A stretch of DNA of 64,000 nt from IMG/VR virus record IMGVR_UViG_3300022555_000015. The stretch is one strand, 5' to 3'. The notes below the pieces were generated by a model. That model saw nothing but the letters and a program-made list of their open reading frames with translations. It had not been told where the DNA came from and did no database searches. Position numbers and translations under genes: made by a program. The stretch comes from a virus (Duplodnaviria > Heunggongvirae > Uroviricota > Caudoviricetes). Shown one piece after another: positions 42,347 to 51,579 of this stretch. Positions within the stretch are counted from its first letter, which is position 1. Every line of letters starts with the position of its first letter.

Positions 42347-43948
42347 TCAGTAGCAGGAACCTGCCCTGCAAGTACCCCCACAACGATGCCCACAAGTCCC
42401 ACAATTGTCGTTGTCAAAACCCATGTTGATACAGGTCCCGTGACAAAGCCCAAGGCCCACAGGACACTGACAGGCAAAGGTTGAGGTACAAAGTTGGCCC
42501 CCACCACAACCATGACCACAAACACCACAGTTGGTGGTGGTGTTCAGGGCTGCACAGACCCCAGAGCAACATCCTTGACCCGTTGCACAGCTTCGGCCAC
42601 AAGCCCCGCAGTTGAGGGCATCCTCCATGATGTTCGTGCAGTAGCTACCACAGAGGGTCTGTCTGACAGGGCAGGTACAGGTCCCACTGACACAGGTCTG
42701 TCCAGTACCGCAAGTGTGCCCACAGGCACCACAATTGATGGGGCTTGTGTTGAGGCTCGCTTCGCAACCATCCGAAGGGTTGCCGTTGCAATCGGCATAG
42801 AGAGGGAGGCAAGAGAAGGCACAGGTACTTGCCGAACACCTGGGTGCCGTTGCGTTGGCTGGGGTTGAGCACACCCTCCCACACGTCCCACAGTTGTTGG
42901 TGTCAGTAGTGGTGTCCACGCACATCCCGGAGCAATTGAGGGTCCCACCAGAACAGGAGAGGGTACAAGCCCCAGCCGAGCAGACATAGCCAGTCGTGCA
43001 ATAGTGCCCACAGGCTCCACAGTTGAAGTTGCTGATCTGGAGGTTGGTCTCACATCCGTTGGAAGTGGTGATCCCTAGGTCACCATCACAATCAGTGAGT
43101 CCAGCGTTGCAAACCCAGCCTCCACAGGTCCCAGCGGTACAGGTCCCGTGGGCACCGACCCTAGAGCACACGTTCCCGCAAGCCCCACAAGACATTGAAC
43201 TGTTGAGGTCTGCTTCACAGCCGTCTGTCATGGAACCGTTACAGTTGGCCCAGCCTGGGGCACAGACGGTTCCACAAGTCCCGGAGGTACAGGTAGGGGT
43301 GGTATTGGGTTGGGTAGGGCATCCATACCCACAGGTTCCGCAGTTGTTCAGGTCCGTTGAGAGGGTTACTTCACAGCCGTTGGTCACAATCCCATCACAG
43401 TTATCCTGGCCCGACGAGCACCGGAAGATGCACGTCCCTGACTCACAGATGGCTGGGGCACCTGAACGGATGGGACACACGTTCCCGCAGACCCCACAGT
43501 TGGAGGTCATGGTCTGGAGGTCCACGCATGAGGTCCCGCAACGGGTCTGCCCGTAGGGGCACGTCCCCGTGTCCGTTCCAGTGTCTCGGGTTCCCGTGTC
43601 CGTCCCGGTTCCCGTGTCTCGGGTTCCGGTATCCGTCCCGGTATCCTGGATTCCTGAGTCAGTTCCCGTGTCTTGGGCAATCCAGGTATCCGTCCTCGAA
43701 TCCGTCCCGGTGTCTTGGGCAATCCAGGTGTCCGTCCCGGTGTCTGGGGCAACCCAGGTGTCCGTTCCAGTTCCCGTGTCGGGATTGGAAGTCTCGGAAG
43801 TGCTGGAATCCTGAGTCTCGGAAGCTCGGGAGTCCTGAACCTCGGCATCCGTGTCACCGTCAGGGCCCGGAATTGCGGCAGGTTCCCGCCACTGACGGAT
43901 ATCCCAGCATCCCATGACGAACAAACACAGCAGGAAGATTCGACTCAT
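42347..43948 (-). CDS. secreted/lipoprotein Cys-rich repeat protein (533 aa; ~20 NCGxCGxxC-type repeats; N-terminal TGTDTW Thr/Asp-rich tandem repeats)
   Basis: signal peptide with lipobox-like LFVMGC; repeats NCGVCGNVC, NCGTCGYGC, SCGACGNVC, NCGACGHYC etc.; AAAGGG RBS; motif 43991-44007 upstream. Confidence 0.6.
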   Translation of the reverse strand: MSRIFLLCLFVMGCWDIRQWREPAAIPGPDGDTDAEVQDSRASETQDSSTSETSNPDTGTGTDTWVAPDTGTDTWIAQDTGTDSRTDTWIAQDTGTDSGIQDTGTDTGTRDTGTGTDTGTRDTGTDTGTCPYGQTRCGTSCVDLQTMTSNCGVCGNVCPIRSGAPAICESGTCIFRCSSGQDNCDGIVTNGCEVTLSTDLNNCGTCGYGCPTQPNTTPTCTSGTCGTVCAPGWANCNGSMTDGCEADLNSSMSCGACGNVCSRVGAHGTCTAGTCGGWVCNAGLTDCDGDLGITTSNGCETNLQISNFNCGACGHYCTTGYVCSAGACTLSCSGGTLNCSGMCVDTTTDTNNCGTCGRVCSTPANATAPRCSASTCAFSCLPLYADCNGNPSDGCEASLNTSPINCGACGHTCGTGQTCVSGTCTCPVRQTLCGSYCTNIMEDALNCGACGRSCATGQGCCSGVCAALNTTTNCGVCGHGCGGGQLCTSTFACQCPVGLGLCHGTCINMGFDNDNCGTCGHRCGGTCRAGSCY

Positions 43949-43990
43949 ACGGCACCAGGGCCTTTCAGACCCTTTACCGTGGGAAAGCCG

Positions 43991-44007
43991 AATCTTAACT
44001 AGAAATC
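43991..44007 (-). promoter_or_regulatory. conserved upstream motif, candidate promoter
   Basis: AATCTTAACTAGAAATC on plus strand. Confidence 0.4.
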
Positions 44008-44022
44008 GGTATTGTAGAAATC

Positions 44023-44415
44023 TTAGGGCTTCTGTCCGTAGTCACAGACGGTAAGGAACCATCCGGCATTCCCCTCGACTTCCAGGTCCAGGGCTTCCAG
44101 AGCTTCCTGGAGAATCTCCGACCGATTCTCGGGAAGTACCGGGAGGTTACAGGGAGTGACCCCCTTGTCCTTCTCCAGAAGTGACCAAACCTCCACCCCG
44201 GACTCCACCAAGGCCAGAGCGAAGCCCGTACCGTTGTCACTGACCCCTGGTTCCCCGTGGAGGATGAGGGCCACCTTGTACTTCTGGATGAGGGTATTCA
44301 GGACCCCGGTCATATCCTCTTTGGGAAGGCCCAGCTTCTCAGCGAGGTAGTAGATGACGTTGGTAGGCTTCGGGTTGATCCTGACGCCCCAGAAGAAACA
44401 GGCAGAAGCGGACAT
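44023..44415 (-). CDS. hypothetical protein, weak nucleoside 2-deoxyribosyltransferase-like pattern
   Basis: VALILHGEPGVSDNGTGFALALVESG loosely resembles NDT/Rcl D.GTxFExG motif but catalytic Glu not conserved. Confidence 0.4.
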   Translation of the reverse strand: MSASACFFWGVRINPKPTNVIYYLAEKLGLPKEDMTGVLNTLIQKYKVALILHGEPGVSDNGTGFALALVESGVEVWSLLEKDKGVTPCNLPVLPENRSEILQEALEALDLEVEGNAGWFLTVCDYGQKP

Positions 44416-44424
44416 TGGGGACTC

Positions 44425-44778
44425 CTACATGATCCGGGTGAGGGTGCTGGGTTTTCCGTTGAGCAGCTTGATCCATACCGTGGTCCCCGGCTCGATGTTC
44501 CCCAGGGGAAGGTCGATACGGCTCTTGGGGAGGGGGTCCACGAGACAGCAGGAGGTTTCCACGGGGAGAACCAGGGGGAGCTTGCTGGGGTCCTCCAGGT
44601 TGGACACCAACTGGTGCGATCCGTCCCTCACGCTGTCCACTTCGGCATCCGTGTACTGGTGGCCCAGCATGAAGTCCACGAGGTCTGCCCGGTGGAGGGC
44701 ATCCAGGAACTTCTCCTGTGCCTCGGTGTAGCAGAGGGTACGATGGCAGGCGAGGTACTGATCCCGAAGGTTTCCCAT
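44425..44778 (-). CDS. hypothetical protein (117 aa)
   Basis: motif 44802-44819 and GGTAAGAGAGG RBS upstream. Confidence 0.45.
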   Translation of the reverse strand: MGNLRDQYLACHRTLCYTEAQEKFLDALHRADLVDFMLGHQYTDAEVDSVRDGSHQLVSNLEDPSKLPLVLPVETSCCLVDPLPKSRIDLPLGNIEPGTTVWIKLLNGKPSTLTRIM

Positions 44779-44801
44779 GCCTCTCTTACCGCACGGGAGG
44801 G

Positions 44802-44819
44802 GAATCTTAACCTGGAATC
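44802..44819 (-). promoter_or_regulatory. conserved upstream motif, candidate promoter
   Basis: GAATCTTAACCTGGAATC on plus strand. Confidence 0.4.
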
Positions 44820-44820
44820 A

Positions 44821-45090
44821 TCAAGTTACAGAAAACCTTTGATTTTCATCAATCCAGTTGGTCAACATCTGAAAGACCACACTCAGGTACTTCTTGGCCT
44901 CTGCCCTGTCCGAATCCTTCTCCTTCTCAGAGAGGTATTCATAGGGGGTGTCCATCTGTCGCTTCCAGCGAGCGATGTGTTCCTCCCGTTCAGGGCTGTC
45001 CAGGCACTTCAGCATGTACCGGGTCCAACCTGCCCAGGATTCGTGTGCGAGAGCCGCAAACGTCTCCAGGATGGTCTTGTTCATGCTCAC
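44821..45090 (-). CDS. hypothetical protein (89 aa)
   Basis: ORF track. Confidence 0.4.
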   Translation of the reverse strand: MSMNKTILETFAALAHESWAGWTRYMLKCLDSPEREEHIARWKRQMDTPYEYLSEKEKDSDRAEAKKYLSVVFQMLTNWIDENQRFSVT

Positions 45091-45866
45091 GTCAGGTCTC
45101 CTGCAAACATCTGATCCATGAACACGCCCGAACAGTTCCTACAGCACTCCTTGATTTCAGGAGACTTCTCAGTCTTGCTGGGGTCCCGGAAGACACGTCC
45201 GCAGAGAGAGTGGTTGTCCTTGTCAATGAGATGCCGCACCCTCTTGGAGCCCACAACGTAGCCCCACTTGTAGCCGTTGATACCCACGGTGGGTGCCGGG
45301 GTAGCGAAGGGATAGGGGGAAGCCGGTGCCTGTACGGGAGTCTCTTCAGGAAGCACTACCGAAGGAAGTGCCTCAACAGCCTCTCGTCTCTTGGCACGAT
45401 CCTCTTCACGAATCTTCTCTTCACGAATCTTCTCTACCGTCGCATACAGTTCAGCCCACCGCTTCTTGTCCTTCTCAGTAGTGCCACCGAAATACGGCTG
45501 GAGATTCTTCCTGGTACTGAGGGTCCTTCCCCCAATCATGGTAGGAGAGAGAAGTTCTACGGTGTTCTCATCAATGGCATACCTGCCACCATAGGTATGC
45601 GTGATGTCGATAGAGACTCCCCTGAACTCCATCCCAGCGTGCAGGTACATGGGAAAGTCCACACTCTGTACCGAGAGGACTACCGCACAGTCATTCTCCC
45701 CACGAATACCGAACCTGTGGATGTTCACGCTCTTGCTGTCAACACCGAGATAGAAGCCGGTGATGTTGACAGTCTCCCCCATGGGAATCTTGTCCAGAGC
45801 GAAAATCTCTACGTTTGTCTTGATGATGGTATCCTGCCACATGGGGTGCCTCGGCTTCCTGGACAC
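45087..45866 (-). CDS. hypothetical protein with C-terminal zinc ribbon (259 aa)
   Basis: ORF track; CGRVF...ECCRNC. Confidence 0.5.
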   Translation of the reverse strand: MSRKPRHPMWQDTIIKTNVEIFALDKIPMGETVNITGFYLGVDSKSVNIHRFGIRGENDCAVVLSVQSVDFPMYLHAGMEFRGVSIDITHTYGGRYAIDENTVELLSPTMIGGRTLSTRKNLQPYFGGTTEKDKKRWAELYATVEKIREEKIREEDRAKRREAVEALPSVVLPEETPVQAPASPYPFATPAPTVGINGYKWGYVVGSKRVRHLIDKDNHSLCGRVFRDPSKTEKSPEIKECCRNCSGVFMDQMFAGDLT

Positions 45867-45928
45867 GACTTGTGTCCCGTGAACCTTACCCCATAGAGGT
45901 TTCGTGCTCCATCGAGCACGAAACTTTC

Positions 45929-46180
45929 CTAGCCTTTGGTCTCAGGCCGAATCTGGTAATGGGACTTGCCAAGTTCTATGATATCATCCCTTCCAGAGAG
46001 GATAGCTCTGATAATGTTACCGTCAGGGGGTGTGTTGATTCCAGCTAGCTTGGCAAACTCCTGTGCGAAGCCTGCATTGTTGAAGATGACACCGACAGAA
46101 TCCCCATTGTAGGCTCGGACAGCCCGTTCTATTGCGAGATGTACTAGGTCACTCATGGTTATCTTATCTGTGTGACACAA
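45929..46180 (-). CDS. hypothetical protein (83 aa)
   Basis: ORF track. Confidence 0.4.
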   Translation of the reverse strand: MCHTDKITMSDLVHLAIERAVRAYNGDSVGVIFNNAGFAQEFAKLAGINTPPDGNIIRAILSGRDDIIELGKSHYQIRPETKG

Positions 46181-46416
46181 TCACTAGTGTCAATCCCGAA
46201 CTGTTCTGCCATCTTGCAGATATCGTAGCAGATTGCCCGTGCGGTTACATGGACAGCAAGGTCACATTGACCTTGAACTACACTCCTGTTGGTATCAGGG
46301 GGCCCTGGGTTTCTCATGTAAGCCCTGGGGTTAGCTTCAACAGCCAAACGGTCAGCTAGCTTCGCAGCCGACTTGAGGGCTTCCTTGAGCTTGGCATTCT
46401 CTTCTAGTAGGTCCAC
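46159..46416 (-). CDS. coiled-coil protein (85 aa)
   Basis: ORF track. Confidence 0.4.
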   Translation of the reverse strand: MDLLEENAKLKEALKSAAKLADRLAVEANPRAYMRNPGPPDTNRSVVQGQCDLAVHVTARAICYDICKMAEQFGIDTSDCVTQIR

Positions 46417-46422
46417 ATTACC

Positions 46423-46773
46423 TCAGTAGGGCCGGTCGGTTGCTAGGTCAGGCTCGGGGTCGATAACGAACTGCCGAACAGGGATGGTCCGTTCCCCCTG
46501 GAGGATGGATTTAGCTACTCGATGATAGCCGTCCATGACTTCTCCCGTGCTGGAGACAATCACCGGGTACTGGAGTTCTGCATCCCTTGTCCGTGTTGGC
46601 TCATACGTCTTGAGCATCTCGACCATGAAGATCGACACACCCAGGGACCTCGGATCATGGTTAGTGATAGGTAGGTCGGCAGAGGCTAACCACAGAGTCT
46701 CATCCTTCCAGTAGTACCTCTTGGTGTCAAAATCCCGGAAGTAGGGAGAGAATAAGTTGGTCATTCCTGCCAC
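46423..46773 (-). CDS. ParB/Srx-like nuclease domain protein
   Basis: PVIVSSTGEVMDGYHRVAKSILQGERTIPV matches ParB N-terminal DGHHR box. Confidence 0.5.
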   Translation of the reverse strand: MAGMTNLFSPYFRDFDTKRYYWKDETLWLASADLPITNHDPRSLGVSIFMVEMLKTYEPTRTRDAELQYPVIVSSTGEVMDGYHRVAKSILQGERTIPVRQFVIDPEPDLATDRPY

Positions 46774-46979
46774 GTACCTTTCTTCAGATTTCTCTGGATA
46801 GCCTCGGAACAGTCAGGGCAAGCTAGAAGTCTGCCTCCTTTGAGACCATTGAGGGCTGCATGAGTCGCATCCTGGAAGTACCAACCCACCAAAGGTTTTC
46901 CACACCATGAGTGGGAATCATGGGCAACCCCCGTTGCAACACAATGAACATAATCAGGTCTATCACTCATGTCCACCAC
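46761..46979 (-). CDS. Cys/His-rich small protein (72 aa)
   Basis: ORF track. Confidence 0.4.
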   Translation of the reverse strand: MVDMSDRPDYVHCVATGVAHDSHSWCGKPLVGWYFQDATHAALNGLKGGRLLACPDCSEAIQRNLKKGTWQE

Positions 46980-47393
46980 CTAAGCCTTGATGTACTTGAT
47001 CCCCAGGTAAGCTTCAGTAGCATCTGAACAATTCTTGTTGCAGAAGTTAGGGGCATAGGGGTTATCATTCCCTAACCGATCTTTCCTGAAGACATCCTCA
47101 CCACAGTCCATGCACTTCCCTACGGGACGGTTCTCTTCGGCTAACTCTTCGTAGTCACCATCTTGGGAGGGGAATTGACATGCCGTGGGGTCTACAATGT
47201 CACCCTCGGGGGATACACACCACCAGTGTTGCTGCTTCCCCCAGTAGGGGCAATAGTAATATCCAGCTACTAGCCTTAGCTCTGGGAACACCTTCTTTAT
47301 GGCACGAGAGAGTTTCCCACAATCACCCCTGCCCTTACCGGGTTTGTTGGCAGGGGAATGAGCATCTAACCATGCTTGATACTTACTCAGCAT
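46980..47393 (-). CDS. Cys-rich protein (137 aa)
   Basis: ORF track. Confidence 0.45.
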   Translation of the reverse strand: MLSKYQAWLDAHSPANKPGKGRGDCGKLSRAIKKVFPELRLVAGYYYCPYWGKQQHWWCVSPEGDIVDPTACQFPSQDGDYEELAEENRPVGKCMDCGEDVFRKDRLGNDNPYAPNFCNKNCSDATEAYLGIKYIKA

Positions 47394-49089
47394 ACCAACC
47401 CTTACCGTACAGGCTTAGGATCTGATCGAAGTATTGCTGGTATTGTGGTGCTACGGCATCAATGGTGAAGTTGTTCATAGCCCACATCAGACAACTTGCG
47501 GGGTTGATACTGTCAATGTTCCTGACTGCTTCCAGGAATTCCTTGAAGTTTCGGCAACGGTAACCCGTTCTGCCATGGACTACTGTCTCAGGGAAGGCAC
47601 CGAAGTCTGTAGTGATAACTGGAGTTCCTGAGAAAGCTGCTTCCAGGGCAACGTAGCCGAAGGGTTCCAGGTAGGTAGTGGGCATGAAGACAGCTTTAGC
47701 CCGACTCAGGAGTTCCCGACGCTTCTCCTTCCCAGCGAAGCCCACATACTCAACACAGGGGTCTTGCGTGACTTCTCTGAATACTTCATCTCCATGGCCG
47801 AAACCGGCAACAATGAGCTTTTTGCCTAGCCTCTTGCAGACATCCTTAGCAATCAGGATGCCCTTACCGGAAATGATCCTGCCAATGAACAGGAAGTAGT
47901 CATCCTTATCCCCGGAGTAAGTGAAGTCTCTGGGATCGAAGAAGCCAGGGATCACTGTGTCATAGAAGTTCCCGTCCCCCTTCCTCTCGGCCCCGTAGGT
48001 CCAGTTCATGTGAGCATGGCTCTCAAAGATACGGAATCGGGCAAAGGAACCTGTGTACCCTATCCCTATCTCAACCGTATCCTTGATGTCCACGGCATCC
48101 GCAATGGGCTTCTGGTACACCCCAAAGGAACAGAGTAGGAAGTCCCCGAAGAGTTTCCGACTATTGATTTCTCGGATGGCATTCTCATTGAAGGTCTTGT
48201 GAGCTAGGTTGTCCTCACCCTCACCGTAGACCTTGGTCTTGTCCCACTTGCCATAACATTCCTCCAGGATTGCCTTGGTGGACACCTGGACGAACTCATC
48301 GGCATTTGTTTTCGACCCCTCTACACCGTACAGGATGACATGGTGCCCTAGCTTCTTGAGCACCTGGACCATGCGAACACACTTTGATGCAAAGGCGTTT
48401 CCTAACCCTTCATCCTCCAGGGTTACCGGGGCATTGAAGGGACCTAAGAGATGGATTCTGAGAGGTTCCTTGACCGGAACTACATCCTGATTCTTGACCA
48501 AGATACGGTTACCGTAAGCTCGGTCAGTCGTGACCAGCTTGAAACCGTAAGTGTCAACCAACCAGTCTGTAGTCTTGTTGTACCAATCCTCCAGGATGAT
48601 TGTCAGCGGACGGTGGGTTTGGAGAACTCTCTCCATACCTTGAAGTGCCTGCTTCTCATGCCCTTCGATGTCCAGCTTGATCATATCCGGGTCAGGAATG
48701 CCCAGGTCATCAAAGGGCAGGGCCCGTACACTCACGGACTCCCCAGTGCCCAGTAGGCTATGCTCCCCTGAAGTCTTGCCTTTGAACAGGTTTGCTTCCC
48801 TGGCCGAATTGGAAAGGGCATAGTCAAAGACCATCACCCTCATACCCTGGACGTTCCGCAAGAGGTACTCACGGTTCATGGGGCTGGGTTCAAAGGCATA
48901 GACCTTGGCACCCAGGGAAGCTGCTAGCGTTGAGTAGTAGCCTACTTGTGCCCCTACGTCTAAGAACACTTGACCGGGCTTCAGGTGACTTTGGACATAC
49001 TCAGTAGTCCTATTCTCCCAAACCCCATAGCGTTCCATATCACGCTTGACGTAATCGAATCCTTCGGGGAACTCCAGGGTCTTCATCAT
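47383..49089 (-). CDS. bifunctional FkbM-family methyltransferase / GT4 (GT-B) glycosyltransferase
   Basis: N-terminus VFLDVGAQVGYYS...VYAFEPSP (FkbM SAM-MTase motifs); C-terminus PTTYLEPFGYVALEAAFSGTPVITTDFGAFPETVVHGRTGY (GT1/GT4 E-x7-E region). Confidence 0.7.
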   Translation of the reverse strand: MMKTLEFPEGFDYVKRDMERYGVWENRTTEYVQSHLKPGQVFLDVGAQVGYYSTLAASLGAKVYAFEPSPMNREYLLRNVQGMRVMVFDYALSNSAREANLFKGKTSGEHSLLGTGESVSVRALPFDDLGIPDPDMIKLDIEGHEKQALQGMERVLQTHRPLTIILEDWYNKTTDWLVDTYGFKLVTTDRAYGNRILVKNQDVVPVKEPLRIHLLGPFNAPVTLEDEGLGNAFASKCVRMVQVLKKLGHHVILYGVEGSKTNADEFVQVSTKAILEECYGKWDKTKVYGEGEDNLAHKTFNENAIREINSRKLFGDFLLCSFGVYQKPIADAVDIKDTVEIGIGYTGSFARFRIFESHAHMNWTYGAERKGDGNFYDTVIPGFFDPRDFTYSGDKDDYFLFIGRIISGKGILIAKDVCKRLGKKLIVAGFGHGDEVFREVTQDPCVEYVGFAGKEKRRELLSRAKAVFMPTTYLEPFGYVALEAAFSGTPVITTDFGAFPETVVHGRTGYRCRNFKEFLEAVRNIDSINPASCLMWAMNNFTIDAVAPQYQQYFDQILSLYGKGWYAE

Positions 49090-49190
49090 GCACCTTCAGT
49101 CAGTATCCCACTTCACTATGGCATAGATCAAAGCCCCAAAGCATAAAAGTAGGACAGCAATCTGTGGTAATTCAGCAAGAGTAGGCATGG

Positions 49191-49568
49191 TTACTTGGGG
49201 AATTTCTTGGTCCAGGGTAGGAAGTTCTTGACGAACTCCATGGACGGGAATGATCCCGAAAAGTGAAATCCACGGTCATCAATGTAGAGCCGGGCCGTTG
49301 GTTTATTCACGGGGAAGGTGATTCTACTGAGGGCACGCTCAGACAACCCATACCTTCTGAACCAAGCCGTAGCTGCCAGCCAGAATTGCTTGTCACTACA
49401 ACGGGTGGAGTTGATAGCAACGTAGTAATTCTTGGTGAGTTCCTCCAACCACTCGATAGCTCCCGGAACTGGGGGATCAGAGATGATCGTGGGCTCACTG
49501 AAGGCAGTTCGATAAGAATGGAGCACACCGTCAAAGTCAACGGCAATGGTATCTCTTGCACTAGGCAT
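49191..49568 (-). CDS. HAD-superfamily phosphatase-like protein
   Basis: IAVDFDGVLH (DxDG motif I) and YIDDRG (motif IV-like); size and motifs compatible with polynucleotide 3'-phosphatase-type HAD. Confidence 0.45.
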   Translation of the reverse strand: MPSARDTIAVDFDGVLHSYRTAFSEPTIISDPPVPGAIEWLEELTKNYYVAINSTRCSDKQFWLAATAWFRRYGLSERALSRITFPVNKPTARLYIDDRGFHFSGSFPSMEFVKNFLPWTKKFPK

Positions 49569-49702
49569 TCTGAATCCTCCAGGTAGATGTTACCCCTTAC
49601 AGACCTCTTTTGATTGGTTTTCCCATCCTCATGTCAGCCATAATTTTTCCGATCAAGTCCTCTGGGGGTGGGGGCTCGGGAGTCCTACCATCAACTATAG
49701 GT

Positions 49703-50143
49703 TCAGAAAGGGGAAGAGGTAGAATAGAGACGAAGGGGGTCTTCTTCATTGATTGGCTCATCCTCGGTGTCCTCTGAATATGGTAGTTGGGTCTTGTAGG
49801 TGATCTTGGTGCCGCAACTACAGGTTACCGTATGGATACCGGGACTACAGTCCCAAGAAATGTGCTCATGCCTACATTTCTTGGCCTTTTGGATCTTCTC
49901 TTCCTTTAGCTTTGCAGCCATCTCTGGAGGAAGCTCTACCGTTGCAATCTCTCGGAACCTGGGGTTATCAATTCCCCACTCTTCCATGTGTTGTGTGCAG
50001 TAGTAGAATTTACGACCATCACTCTCGATCCCTACCCAATCGGCAGGTTGAGAGCAGATGATAGAATCCATGTAACCTAAATCAACATCACACTTGGGGA
50101 CTCGGATGGTTCCGTCAGTGTTTCGGATAAAAGCTTCATCCAT
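49703..50143 (-). CDS. Cys-motif protein, paralog 1 of 4
   Basis: FIRNTDGTIRVPKCDV...YYCTQH. Confidence 0.5.
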   Translation of the reverse strand: MDEAFIRNTDGTIRVPKCDVDLGYMDSIICSQPADWVGIESDGRKFYYCTQHMEEWGIDNPRFREIATVELPPEMAAKLKEEKIQKAKKCRHEHISWDCSPGIHTVTCSCGTKITYKTQLPYSEDTEDEPINEEDPLRLYSTSSPF

Positions 50144-50326
50144 ACTTGTATTACCCCTACAGCTTCACCAATCGACCATCACAGAGCCGATGGAGCCAAG
50201 GATACTTTCGACCCGTACCATCTTCGGTGAGATACCGTTGATCCCCTAGGTGTCTCCAATAAGGCTTACCGCAGACTTCACAGATGCAGTCCCCGGCAGC
50301 ATAAGTGAAGTCAGGGTAGCTGTCCG

Positions 50327-50626
50327 TCATACATCCTCGGGAAGATTCACGTTGTCCAGGTCCAAGATGTTCTTATACTTGGATGCTTGTAAGTGTGCAG
50401 AACAGAAGTAATACCGTGTAGCATTATTCATGGTGACAACCCATACCGCACAGTTATTACAGAAATCATCCCCTACATCAACATCACATTCAGGGGCACG
50501 AATCCTCCCATCTGGGAATCGAAGGAAAGGCTCGACTGCAAAGTGCCGAAATTTACAACGAGTTACAATTGCACCCCTGCGTATGGCCCTTACCTTCTTG
50601 TCTTCAAGGAAGTTCAGGTGAATCAA
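50327..50626 (-). CDS. Cys-motif protein, paralog 2 of 4
   Basis: FPDGRIRAPECDV...YYFCSAHL...LDLDNV. Confidence 0.45.
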   Translation of the reverse strand: MIHLNFLEDKKVRAIRRGAIVTRCKFRHFAVEPFLRFPDGRIRAPECDVDVGDDFCNNCAVWVVTMNNATRYYFCSAHLQASKYKNILDLDNVNLPEDV

Positions 50627-50631
50627 GGTAT

Positions 50632-50865
50632 CTACCCGTCATTGGTAACAAAGATCCTCACGTTGTCCAGGTCAGTAATCTCTTCGTAGCCCCATTGCTG
50701 TAGATGGTGGGAGCACATGTAGCTCCTTACTCCCGTATTGAATGTCACAACCCACTCGGCCGTTCTACCACAAGGGATTTCCCAACCTGTATGGACAGCA
50801 TCCAAAACCGAACAGACCGGCTTCAGGATCTTACCTTCAGTATCCCTGAGAAACGACTCATTCAT
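50632..50865 (-). CDS. Cys-motif protein, paralog 3 of 4
   Basis: FLRDTEGKILKPVCSV...YMCSHHL...DLDNV. Confidence 0.45.
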   Translation of the reverse strand: MNESFLRDTEGKILKPVCSVLDAVHTGWEIPCGRTAEWVVTFNTGVRSYMCSHHLQQWGYEEITDLDNVRIFVTNDG

Positions 50866-51199
50866 GGTCCTCGGGTATGAGTATCCACTCTTCCTCTTCA
50901 GTATCCCAGAGGACTCGCACGTTGTTTATATCAACGATGCCTTTGTAGCCATCATTTCGGGTTCTTAGGTGCATGGCACACAGGTAGATGCACCTACCCT
51001 CTTCTAACTCAACCACAAAATCCGCTGGCTCTTTACATAGATGGGGTGGACGTTCGGCCCAGTTGATGACCAGACCACACTTAGGAGGTTTGATTGTACC
51101 ATCTGGGTTGTAGATGCAAGGCCCGGCCATGGTAAGAGTTACCCACTCACCTGGAGAACTAGGATAGGTGGTGGTTTCCCATCCCATGCTGTCTCCCAA
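50858..51199 (-). CDS. Cys-motif protein, paralog 4 of 4
   Basis: NPDGTIKPPKCGLV...YLCAMHL...DINNV. Confidence 0.45.
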   Translation of the reverse strand: MGDSMGWETTTYPSSPGEWVTLTMAGPCIYNPDGTIKPPKCGLVINWAERPPHLCKEPADFVVELEEGRCIYLCAMHLRTRNDGYKGIVDINNVRVLWDTEEEEWILIPEDHE

Positions 51200-51579
51200 C
51201 CCTTCGGGTCCTTGCGTGTTTCTTCACGGGCTCTAACCAGAGCTTGGACCCCAGCTTCTTCCCTCACCACAAGTACACGGTCATCTACCAGCCAGATCAG
51301 GTGTTTGTTCCAGAGATAGGCAACGGGGCCCTCTCTTTCGGCCCCAGGTATCGGAATCTTCTTGGTTCCTGGAGAGTTCTCAGGGAACCAATCATCCACG
51401 GCACCTTTGGGGTTTCCACCTGTGTAGTAGGAAGGTTGACCCTCTACTGCTGGGTTTACGGGACACCAATCAGGGCACGTCCACCAACCCTCAGAGGGTC
51501 GCAACCGCTGGAGGGGTGCCCCACAGGCTGGACAGGTCCAGAAGTGCGGTGTGAACACCTTAGCCTTCCTTGCAGACAC
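51139..51579 (-). CDS. zinc-ribbon protein (146 aa)
   Basis: WTCPACG...WTCPDWC. Confidence 0.45.
   Translation of the reverse strand: MSARKAKVFTPHFWTCPACGAPLQRLRPSEGWWTCPDWCPVNPAVEGQPSYYTGGNPKGAVDDWFPENSPGTKKIPIPGAEREGPVAYLWNKHLIWLVDDRVLVVREEAGVQALVRAREETRKDPKGWETAWDGKPPPILVLQVSG

Noticed and set aside
43560-43800. Short regularly spaced repeats (gtccgtcccggt...) that could be mistaken for a CRISPR array
   Set aside because: The repeats are in-frame coding repeats (TGTDTG...) inside a gene. They lack spacer-like unique segments of constant length and no cas genes are present.
42494-43917. Several 80-186-aa ORFs on both strands inside the Cys-rich gene
   Set aside because: They are artefacts of GC-rich, repetitive coding sequence. 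The 533-aa minus frame has a signal peptide, RBS, upstream motif and coherent repeat architecture.
44257-45896. Two plus-strand ORFs of about 285 aa (44257-45114 and 45045-45896)
   Set aside because: They are antisense to a run of minus genes that have RBSs and upstream motifs. Their translations are Gly/Val/Leu-rich shadow frames.
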